From the human T2T-CHM13v2.0 reference genome, Homo sapiens: a stretch of DNA of 64,000 nucleotides. The stretch is taken from the NCBI RefSeq assembly GCF_009914755.1, contig NC_060925.1, one strand, 5' to 3'. The position numbers were made by a program, and so were the translations under genes. Each line of letters opens with the position of its first letter. Positions within the stretch are counted from its first letter, which is position 1. Positions 53,501 through 64,000 of the stretch are shown in pieces. The notes beneath the pieces are model-generated. The model was not told the DNA's origin. It did no database searches and saw nothing but the letters and a program-made list of their open reading frames with translations.

Positions 53501-56296
53501 TATTGTTTGTAAAGTGTTGGGCATACATAGTGCTTTGCCAATGCATGGGGACCTGGCTCCCTGCCCTGTGGAGTGCACCATCTAATGAAAATGGACAAGC
53601 CCACCACAATAGAAATCATACAAATATGAGACCCAGAAAGATGCTACTGGCTTGGGAATGAGGGCAGGCCAGTCAGGGATTAAGTGGAGGATCTGAAGAA
53701 AGAGAGGAAAGCATTTGGGAGAAAATTAGATGAAGGCTGTTCTAACGGAGGCACACATGTACAACATAAACTCAGTCAGTTCTTATACAAACACAGGGCT
53801 GGAAGAAAGCGTTACAGGTTCCCTGTCCATTCTATCTCCCTGAGCGGAGTGTTTCACTCCCTTCCGCAGTCCTTCAGCTTCTGACTGATCATCCTCGGGG
53901 GTATGGATAGGCCAGCTAGTGTGGATCTTTGCAAAGTAAGTGCTTAATCTCCAGCTGGCTTCTTTTGCCACCCAACATGCTTCTGGGTGGCTCACTGCCT
54001 ACACTGTCACTTGCTGGGCGCTCAAAGAATGCAAATTCACTTGGGCAAAGCATAATAGAGAAATTAAATATGCTGCAAATAGAGGGGCACACATTTTATT
54101 CTCAACTAAAAATAAACCATTTGGGGTTATGTGTAATTGCTCTCTTGGATTTTTCACTCCATTGGCATTTCTCTTTAGAGTGGATAATTAGAAACTCCCA
54201 GTTTAATTTCTATACACAGTCCTACACAGTTTTCAAGTGAGAAAACTTGCACCAACTTTCAATATGTGTGCATATATTGTCCACATGGAGCAACATTAGT
54301 ATGGGAGGAAGAGAAGAAGGAAGAGGAATGGAGCAGGCAGGACTTGGATGAATTTAGAAAGAAAGCAGAGTGCAATCGAGGGCAGAAATGCAGTGCAAGC
54401 CAGACACTGATTCATGGTCTGACCTTGGACAAAATTACCCCAGCTCTCTGTGCATCCACTTCTCTGTCTGATTATGTGCTTTGTAAACATTCAATCACCT
54501 TTGAGGTGTGGTTCAAGAGATAGGGCAGAGGCTACCCTGGGGATCATTTCTGTGTCTGTGAATGAATTCTATCCAGCCCAGCCTCCTCTGGGGACACCTA
54601 GCCTCCCTACATTAAAAAAAAAAAATCCACTAGCTGCACTTTCCTTCAGACAGCCTCCAGGGCGATGCTGTACGAAAGGAGGGACAATCCATGCCTGGCT
54701 CAGTTTCCTGCCACTGAGGAAAAGGAGATCAGGGGACCTTGTTTATATAAAAAGATAATGTGGCTGCCTCCCTGTGGTAAGACCTGCTCTTGTTTTTTCC
54801 AGAAATTGTGCTTAAGCTGTCAGCATTCTCTTATTAAATTCTACTTATGATCACTGGCAATTAGGCCAGTGGGGCTCATACTATACAAATGCAGACATTA
54901 AAAGGAAATAGGACTTTAGACTATGGTTACAGGCTAGTAAATCCTGGGGCATATGGGTTACATTAGTCTGTGTACTCTTACCATTTACCTTTTCAAAGCC
55001 CTTTAAATATATTACCTTATTTCATCTTTACAATAGGTGCTTGACACTATTACCTCCATTTGACAGGTAGAAAAAATTAAGGTTTAGAAGAGTTCAAAAA
55101 ATTCCTCAAGATTACACACAAGGTAGTGCTGGGATTCAAACCATGGGAAATTTGTTCTCAATCTCTGGCAAGATTTCACCCCATGTTGACTCTCTGGCTC
55201 CCTAAATGGTTGCCCAATTGCCCCCTCCTTTGAGATGGGAAAGACACTCTCTCCACTGATGGTCTAACTCTGGTTTCCTTGAGCAATTTGGGACAACTAT
55301 TTTTCTAGCATTGGGTTAGAATACATTCAGAGGGCCCTCCCAGGGGTTCCCTGACAAGTTTCCCCCCACCAACAATGCGGTATTCCCAGGGAGAGCCTGA
55401 CTTGCTTCAGTCTCTTCCATCTTCAGATGATTAGGCTGCTCATGTGTGGACTCTCCAAGTGGGTGGGGTAGACTTCACCTTGTTCTCCTCCCTAGGGATT
55501 TTAATCCTGGTGACCTATCACCTCAAACTCAGCTCCCTAAATTCTCAAGTTTTCCATGAGCCCCATCAGCAATTTTTGTGCCTAGGTCTCCTGGCTGAAC
55601 GTGGCAGCCAGAGTTCTGAGGTTTATATTCAGATCGGCCCCACGTACTGCCTTGACGTCAAGCTAAAATAACAGCACTGCTTGGCTACTCACTGATTACT
55701 CACTCACAGAGGCAACTGAATCCTCAATCTGATATGTGGGCTTCTGAAGATCTTATCATGTCCCTCTGATATGCTTTGTGGCTAGTAGGTTCCTTCGAAA
55801 AACCTCCCAGCTGCTGTGGGTAGCCGCATTTTCCAGTTACTTCTGAGCCAAGCTAATGAGGCATGCTAATTTTGGAAAATGCATAACCATCCACTAATCT
55901 ACCTCAAATCTCCAGGAATAGAATTCTGGAGAGATTCTAGATAAATACTAAGAAGTAGCTCCTGTCTTCATGTTCCTCAGAAGGTGCAAGGTCAGGTGGT
56001 GATACCAGCCAAGTAGGAGAAGGAGCAGAGGGAGGAGAGGCAGGAATGACCACAGGGACTTGTCTGCCCATGTACACTAATGAGGCCTTCCTCCCAGACT
56101 CAGAACTGACGGTGACCTAAGGACTCCTCCTACATGTCTCTGGACTGATCCTTGGCTCCATTCTCCAGCTGCATAGTCAGGAGCTTGGATGTGCCCTGAA
56201 TCCTGTGCTCACTGCAGGACAGCTGCATAAAGTTGAGAAGGCAGCACCAACAAGTGGCTCAGGGAATGTGATGAGCAGAGGGAGGGCTGGACATAG

Positions 56297-56491
56297 TAAA
56301 AAAAAAATGAGGAAGAAAGAAAGAGAGAGAGAGAGAAGGAAGGAAGGAAGGAGAGAGAAAGAAAGAGGGAGAGAGAAAAAAGGAAAGAGAAGAAAGAAAG
56401 AAAGAAAAAAGAAAGAAAGAAAAAAGAAAGAAAGAAAGAAAGAAAGAGAAAGAAAGAAAGAAAAGAAAAAAAGAAAAGAAAAGAAAAAGAG
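56297..56491. repeat. GA-rich/(GAAA)n polypurine tract
   Basis: Directly visible, ~190 bp almost purely purine. Confidence 0.95.
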
Positions 56492-56569
56492 GTAGAGGTC
56501 GAGTTTGCCCTGCTGTTTCCACAGTCTCATTTATAGCCTATTCCTTCTCTCTGGTCATAATGACTTGAC

Positions 56570-56772
56570 TCATGTTTACTGACTGCTAACATTATGCCCA
56601 GCGTCGTGCTAAGTATTTTACATGACATTCATGGCTCAGTTCCCACACGCTATGTGAGGATTTTAGAGGAAAGTTTACAGACGTTAAGAGGCTCACCTGA
56701 AATCGGATGCTAGTAAATGAGAGAGGCCAGATTTGAATTCAGAACATATCCTCCAAAGCCACTATTCATACT
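56570..56772 (-). mobile_element. MIR fragment
   Basis: 'catgtttactgactgctaacattatgcc...gtgctaagtattttacatg...ccagatttgaattcag'. Confidence 0.7.
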
Positions 56773-57149
56773 GCCTTTTTTTCTGACCTCCCTCTTTTCT
56801 CCAAGTGCCTAATGGCTTAAATTCCCCCCTGCCTTTTTTAGCTCTTTGAGTCTCATTGTACTACCTCATGTTAGAAGCATATCCTAGATCACTTCTTATC
56901 CCTTTTATTAATTAAAACTTACATGGTTCTGTATTTATTCACCCAAAGGTTGCCTTTTTCTGACAGAATAAACTAATTCCTACTAAAGTGTTAATGACTA
57001 CCAAGGAGTAATCTGTAACTTTGAACTGAAAACCTTCTGCGTTGTCACTGTGGATTAGCATGCTTTAAGACCAAGGAGACATAAATTTGTACATTTCAGG
57101 CATTGTCTGGACCAGCGAGAGAGAAAATGTGGGGTTAGGGAAAGGTGAT

Positions 57150-57267
57150 TGGGGCATTCATCCTTGCACCCTGTGAATAGCCTTATCTTATAGTAAATGC
57201 TCAATAAATGTTTGCTGAAAAATTACTGATTGATGAATGAGTGAACAAATGAATGAATGAATGTGAA
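57150..57267 (+). mobile_element. L2 3' terminus with (TGAA)n tail
   Basis: 'atagtaaatgctcaataaatgtttgctgaa...gaatgaatgaatg'. Confidence 0.7.
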
Positions 57268-59064
57268 TTATCTAGACGAGATTTAAGTATGTGGTAATAC
57301 TATGTCTGGTCGGTAGAGGCCACTGTTAACATTTTCCAACATCTGTACCTGAAAGGAGAGCCTGGGGTATGGGAAATTCTCAGTCATCCTAAAAGTTGAT
57401 TTTGGGCGTAAGATTCTGAGATGAGTTCCAGTGTGCTCCCTTCCATCAGTAAGACCCTCGTTGGAGGAATTTTCTGGTACAGACAAGGGATTATCCCCTC
57501 TGCTGCTTGGAGAGGACAGGACACTTTCCCAGCCCGTGGATGGCCAATGCAGCTGAGGTGTCCACAACACAGTAGAATGAGACACAGCCTCGGCAGAATA
57601 ATCAGAGCAGAAACCTGATCAGACTACATGCTTGTGGCTGACTTGGAAAAGAAGGTGGTGGGTGGGCCCATGGAGGGATTGACCATTGGCTAAATGTTGG
57701 GTTTTGCTTTTTTGTGTGCCTTTCTGATGGTAGCACTACTAGAAGACAGTATTCCAGGTCATCCTCAAGGTCCAGCCTTACTCTGGTATCCTGAATAGGA
57801 ACTTGGGAATCTAGATTGACGCAGAACTTTTCTCTAAGAACAAGCACACACGTCTGCCCAGAAAGCACTGTCCTGCTGCCTCCTGCTGGAAGTTGGGAAC
57901 CATATCTGTTCTGGTTGTCATTCCTCTGTACCAGACCCAACTGAATAGTGTCTAAGGGTTGCCTCTTCTGTGAAGCCCACCTGATGCACTCAGCCTCCAC
58001 AACCACACCCTGCCTCGTGTTGTCACACTACACACCAACCGTGAGGGGTCAGTTAATTGTCATGTTCTGGAAATGTAAGCTGTGAGTTCAAGAGCAGACA
58101 CAGTTTTCTTTTATCTTTAGGTATTAGCAACTGGCACAAGAACAAGCACAGAGTCCTTGATAAATGTTTGTTGAATGAAAGAACGAGTGAATGAAGTCCA
58201 CTAGGCTGCACTGTGGTGATCCAAATCAGCTTCCAAGATGACCGCATTAATCAGACCTATTTAACTGTCATATTATTTATGTCACATGGATACAGGAAAG
58301 TGAAAAAAATGAAAACAGCTCTTCCCAGACTTTGCCTTTGTGGCCTGGCTAGGAGACCGGAAGGGATAAAACTTTTCTTGCTGAACATAATGAACCAGAG
58401 TTAATTTTATCCATGTTAGTTTTGGGCTCTTGCACACACAACAGGAGACCCTTAATGGCCATCCAAGTTGTATCTTATTAAATTTAAAAAGATAAAATGA
58501 ATCGCAGGAACCATAAGCTCATATGCTACCACAGGCCAAAGAGGAACATGCTGATTAAAGTTTACTCAGCAAAGAACAGTAACATTCTGTATCCCAGGCA
58601 TATGAAAACAAATGTACACTGAGAAGACGCCCTAAGAAGGTGAACATCCAGCCTGGCACTTCATAATTATCAATTGAGTATATTAATATGAATGAATTAA
58701 CTGGCTAGAAACAATCCAATAAATTAAGGCATTAAGACCCCTCTACTCCCTTTGTGATTGATTACAGGAGCCAAACTCACTCAAATTTCTCTAAGTTTCT
58801 ATAAAATGTGAGGCTTGTACTAAGAGAGCAGAAATTCAAGCCTGTCACCCTCCCTGGGCTTTGTCTGTGCACTAGCACAATCAGGAGTGGTACCAAGACC
58901 TCACCCAATGGAAACCTCACCTGGTGGGCGCTCCTGGGGAAGTCTGCCATTCCATTTTGCAGATCAAAGTGTGTCTTGTATGAAATGGGAAGAGGGGTTG
59001 AGCAATTCCTCCAAACTGAATTAGGGATTGCCTGCAACTCAACTCACTGGGGACTCATTTCAAG

Positions 59065-59640
59065 TCAGCTCCCTAAACATTTGTAAAACACTTTGTGTAA
59101 GCAAGGAGCTGTGCCAGGCGCCAGTGGTAAACAGATGAATGAACAGGCTCCAGTCCATGCCTTCAAAGGCCCTGTAGCCTACCGGGAAAGACAGTCTAGT
59201 CAAGAGATGGTTAAGACATCAGGTGTGGTAACTGCTATGAGAGAGGTGCAGTGAGGGCCTAGGGAAAGGGATGCCTGACCTGCCTGGGCTCAGCAAGAGA
59301 GGTTAGTGGAGGAAAGGTTTTCAGGAGCAGAAGGAGAGGACATGGAATCTGGAATGAATCTTAGGGTGAGTTCAAAGTGTATATCAAAGGCACTGTAAGA
59401 GCAGGTGGGGCAGGGACAGGAAACATGTCCCAGCAAGGGCTCCTTACCTGTAAAAGAATGGAGGCCTCTTCACAGACCTGCAAGCACTTCAGTATGGCTG
59501 GAACATGATGGAAAGACAGGAGAGTGAGTAAGAAAATGGGCACTGTGTAAATACAAGCCAGAAGGAAAAGGGCCTGGATGTTAGGAGTTTGCAATTGATC
59601 CTGAAGAGGAGAGAGAGACACTGAGCGATTCCATGACAGA
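59065..59640 (-). mobile_element. L2 fragment
   Basis: 'gctgtgccaggcgccag...acagatgaatgaaca...tccatgccttcaaagg', 'ttcagtatggctggaac'. Confidence 0.7.
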
Positions 59641-59844
59641 TGGGAAACGAGGCTGCTATTGGATTTGATCCTTCATATGCAGGTTAGAGATGAGTTATCA
59701 GGATGTCGGGCCTTGAAGGGCTCAAAACCAAACCCCAAGGGAGCCAGATGGTGGGGGCTGGGAACTACACGTTTGAGTTGCAGTCCAGGCTCTGTGGCTG
59801 AGCATCTCTGAGGCTAGAGGGCTCTTGGAGGCTAGCCTTTTGGT

Positions 59845-60135
59845 TTGTGTTTCACTCTGCCAGGTGCACTGTCACCTACCCCTCTTGCTGCCCATGCCAC
59901 ACACACACATGACTGTCTTGGGACTCTTCTGCAAGATTTCCATGGTTCCAGCACTACCCTAACCCTCACATCGTGGTGCTGGCCAGTTCACTTGTCCATA
60001 TGCCCCCGCTGCACTGTGAGCTCCTTGTGGACAAGAACGTTGTTTGCCTTATTCAACACTGTGTCCCTGGTGCCTAGCACTGTGCAGTGCACACAGAAGG
60101 TGCACAATAAATAATTGTTCAATTGTATGAATGGA
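59845..60135 (+). mobile_element. L2 3' end
   Basis: 'actgtgagctccttgtggacaagaac...attcaacactgtgtccctggtgcctagcac...caataaataattgtt'. Confidence 0.8.
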
Positions 60136-61809
60136 AGTCAGATGGATAAAAGGTCACTTAACCTCTCATGCCTTTATTTACTTACTGGGAAAATGAAAAC
60201 CATCTCTATGCTAATTTTCAATAATGAAACTCTCCATTCCAACCATCCGCAATTCCTAAATGTGTTACTTTTCCTCTCTCCCACCCCACATATTTTTTTA
60301 TCCTCTTCCTCCTTTTCTGTCTACACTCCCACTCTTCCTCTTTCCCTTTCTGTGATTCTTGCTGTGTTTCTGCTGGTCATGTATTATGTTCCAGTTCTTC
60401 ACTTTACCTTGGCTTTCTTATTTACTAAATTTCCTTCCCTTACCTTTCCACTCTTTCCTTTTGCAGTCCACTCTTTCCTTTTGCAGTCCACCCTCCCCTG
60501 GCCTGTGTCTTGTTTCCTGCCTCTCCTAGTCTTTCTCTCTCTCTCTCTCTCTGAGTCTTCTCTGTTTCTTTACATTTATTCCTCCTTCCCTTCCTCAATT
60601 GTTTTTGTTCTCATGAAATTTCTACTAACCTAATTTCATGTTTGGCTTTTTGCTCCTGGCGTTTGGTTCTAACTGACCTCCAGACTCTTTTCTCTATTTA
60701 TTCTGAACAGAACAAATTGGTGACGATAATGGTACTGATGCTATTTCAGCAAAGAAAGGAATAAAGATGCAGAGATGTCTTTGAGGGGACTGGCAGGTCA
60801 GCTGTGGATGGAAGAAGGAACACCACTTAGTTCATCACTGAGAATAACCTGTCCTTCGATAGAGCTTCAGAGAGTTTGTGAGCATATGATGAGCATCTAG
60901 AACTGTTCCTTCCAGAAAATAACGTATCAGAAGGCAGAAAAATAATTATGTTTCCCTCAATGATCCCAGCAAAGAAGTTTGCTCTCCTAAAGGACCTCAA
61001 GGCACTCATAAAACTAAGAAAACTGAGTTAAGTGCTTTTTATTAAACCATTAAGAGATTTTATTCAGCTAAGACAAATGTCTTCACTGAAGGATACAGAG
61101 TTTGATAGTATAGAAAATACCCAGATGAAAATGTGTCTGAATAAATTAGACTGATGCATTTGGCATTTCAGTCTCCAAGTGTCTGATTCCCTTCAGCCCC
61201 AGTCTGCTGGCCAACCAAAAAATCTCTGATGGTGGATTCACTGAGTCCACCATTAGGCATAAGGGAGCAGGCACAAGAGAGCTTGACAGCACTGGAAGTT
61301 TCCCCCAAACTGTAAACAGCTTTGAGGACAAAGACGTAAGTAGCAAAGAATGCATTTTCTTTCTTTGATAGCCATTGGCTCCCAGATCTCCCTGACTTTA
61401 TCCCTTTCAGAGACCAAGCAATAGACCAAGGAGCACACAGGACATTGGCAAGGAGAAAGGGTTTGGGGTGGGGTGGGCACAGTCAGAGATAGGAGAACTT
61501 ACATCCAATTTCAGGGTCCTCAAATTTCTGGTCTGCCCCTAAATACGTAGAAGGTGTGGACTTAGAGGAGATAAATTTAAAGGCAGATGAATTTAAAGAC
61601 ACTCACTCCCAGCTTTTCCTGCCACACATGCTGGATCCTTTATCATCCTAGAAAAGATTCTTCTGGGGATATCACAGCTCTCCCCCCACTTTTCAAGACA
61701 GAAAAGGAACTGGCCATGGGAATCTTGTGTGCCAAGGGATTTAGTATAATGTTTATTTATATAGAATAAAATTGAGCCAGGCACGGCGAGCTTGCAATGG
61801 CTCAGACTA

Positions 61810-61990
61810 AATAATAGTAATAGCTAACATTTATTGGGTATTTACCATGTGTCAGGCACCATGCCAAGCATTTTACATATAATTTTTTATTTTGTTCTCA
61901 CAACAGTTCATGAGGAACGTATTGTCATCACCATCCTTCTGATGAAGAATCCAGGTTTAGCAAAGTGATTTAACCTACCCAAAGTCACTC
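61810..61990 (-). mobile_element. MIR fragment
   Basis: 'taatagctaacatttattgggtatttaccatgtgtcaggcacc...cccaaagtcac'. Confidence 0.85.
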
Positions 61991-61995
61991 TAAGG

Positions 61996-63411
61996 CAGTT
62001 ATTCCCAATCATTTTGGCACCAGGGACTGGTTTCACCAGAGAAGACAATTTTTCCATTAACTAGGAGGTACAGGATGGTTTTGGGATGAAACTGTTCCAC
62101 CTCAGAACATCAAGCATTAGGTTCTTTTTTTTTTTTTTAGATTATACTTTAAGTTCTGGGATACATGTGCAGAATGTGCAGGTTTGTTGCATCGGTATAC
62201 ACGTGGCATGGTGGTTTGCTGCACCCATCAACCCATCATCTAAATTAGATATTTCTCCTAGTGCTATCCCTTCCCTATCCCCCCACCCCTCGACAGGCCC
62301 TGTTTGTGTGATGTTTCCCTCCCTGTGTCCGTGTGTTCTCATTGTTCAACTCCCACTTGTGAGTGAGAACATGCGGTGTTTGGTTTTCTGTTCTTGTGTT
62401 AGTTTGCTGAGAATGATGGTTTCCAGCTTCATCCATGTCCCTGTAAAGGACATGAACTCATCCTTTTTTATGGCTGCATAGTATTCCATGGTGTATATGT
62501 GCCACATTTTCTTTATCCAGTCTATCATTGATGGGCATTTGGGTTGGTTCCAAGTCTGCTATTGTGAACAGTGCTGCAATAAACATACACATGTATGTGT
62601 CTTTATAGTAGAATGATTTATAATCCTTTGGGTATATACCCAGTAATGGGATTGCTGGGTCAAATAGTGTTTCTTGTTTTAGATCCTTGAGGAATTGCCA
62701 CACTGTCTTCCACAATGGTTGAACTAATTTACACTCCCACCAACAGTGTAAAAGCTTTCCTATTTCTCCACATCATCTCCAGCATCTGTTGTTTCCTGAC
62801 TTTTTAGTGATCACCATTCTAACTGGTGTGAGATGGTATCTCATTGTGGTTTTGATTTGCATTTCTCTAATGACCAGTGATGATGAACTTTTTTCATATG
62901 TTTGTTGCATGCATAAATGTCTTCTTTTGAGAAGTGTCTGTTCATATCCTTTGCCCACTTCTTGATGGGGTTGTTTGTTTTTTTCTTGTAAACTTGTTTA
63001 AGTTCTTTGTAGATTCTGGATATTAGCCCTTTGTCAGATGGGTAGATTGCGAAATTTTTCTCCCATTCTGTAGGTTGCCTGTTTACTCTGATGATAGTTT
63101 CTTTTGCTGTGCAGAAGCTCTTTAGTTTAATTAGATCCCATTTGTTAATTTTGGCTTTTGTTGCCATTGCTTTTGGTGTTTTAGTCAGGTACTAGGTTCT
63201 TATAAGGAGCATGCAACCTACAGCCCTCGAATGTGCAGTTCACAATAGGGTGCAAGCTTCTGTGAGAATCTAATGCTGCCACTGATCCGACAGGAGGTGG
63301 AGCTCAGGTGGTAATGCTTACTGGCCCACCACTCACCTCCTGCTGTGCAGCCCGGTTTCTAAAAGGCCATGAACTGGTACCCAACCATGGCTCAGGGGTT
63401 GGGGACCCCGG
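61996..63411. mobile_element. MER1B (hAT-Charlie MITE), full length, split by an L1
   Basis: 'tttggcaccagggactggtttc...gggatgaaactgttccacctcaga' and 'ataaggagcatgcaacc...ggggttggggacccc'; perfect 8-bp TSD ctctaagg (61988-61995, 63412-63419). Confidence 0.92.
62127..63187 (-). mobile_element. L1PA7-like 5'-truncated LINE-1 (~1.06 kb; ORF2 C-terminal remnant + 3'UTR)
   Basis: ORF2 peptides [35 protein letters not shown]; poly(T); degenerate TSD tcaagcattaggttctt / tcaggtactaggttctt (62110-62126, 63185-63201). Confidence 0.93.
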
Positions 63412-63577
63412 CTCTAAGGCATACTCATTTGATGATCTTCCCGACATCCTTTGATTTTGGACACTGCTTGCCTTCTTCCTTCTGGAAACTGCTTTCTCCC
63501 TTTTCTTCCGCCCTACCCATGTGGCTACCATGGTTTTCTGTAGCTCTTCCCCTGGCCAATCATCCTCCCCTCAAAGC

Positions 63578-63815
63578 TAAGCCCATGCTTTGGAGTCAGA
63601 CAGTCTAAGATTAACCAAAACTCCATTAATCCCTGCTTCTGTGATCTTGAGCAAGGCGCCTCCTTCCTCATGGCTCAACCTCATCTGAAAATGGGGATAA
63701 TCACAGTACCCACCACCAAAGACTTCGTAGGAATCATTGTTCAGGTAAAGCATTTTGCTCTGTGCCTGGTACGTGGTAAGTTTCCAAAAAAAGGTAGTGC
63801 CTCTTGTTTTTAATA
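63578..63815 (+). mobile_element. MIR, near full length
   Basis: 'gctttggagtcagacag...gtgatcttgagcaag...cctcatctgaaaatggggataat...gtgcctggtacgtggtaag'. Confidence 0.8.
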
Positions 63816-64000
63816 CCAAATGGAATTGTTATTTTAGTTATTATTCTTAATCTTATTTCTCCTGATCACTTATCAGGAATTTAATTATGTCTCTATGATG
63901 GTACTTTGGATTTTGAACTTGCCACTCAAGGACACAGGGTGTGTGCAGGAGAGTGTGTGGATGGCTGTGAGTGTGCTCAGGTGGGCCTTGGGTGAGAGCA

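Noticed and set aside
57283-57362. Minus-strand acceptor ctctcctttcag as a terminal exon
   Set aside because: An isolated splice-like signal with no supporting partner or homology; such matches are common

Overview
Primate (most likely human or great-ape) genomic DNA, shown by Alu SINEs, L1PA LINEs and abundant ancient L2/MIR. The window is intergenic or deep intronic and I cannot name the locus. No host protein-coding gene is supportable: the recognisable protein sequence in the ORF track is decayed LINE-1 ORF1/ORF2, and the other ORFs come from simple repeats, Alu or chance. The dominant feature is a ~4.9 kb dead L1PA3/4-like element (11685-16573) with a twin-priming 5' inversion that breaks at the ORF2 start codon, nested inside two layers of L2. 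Also present are four more L1 fragments, four full-length Alus and one Alu monomer, hAT and Tigger DNA-transposon fossils, MLT1 solo LTRs and several long simple repeats. I found no convincing new multi-gene system. The best unexplained signals are a 61-bp inverted duplication 1.6 kb apart, a candidate short first coding exon (53903-53935), a strong CTCF-like motif and several motif-dense non-repeat islands. Repeat subfamily calls come from recalled consensus sequences, and boundaries of ancient L2/MIR/MLT copies are approximate.
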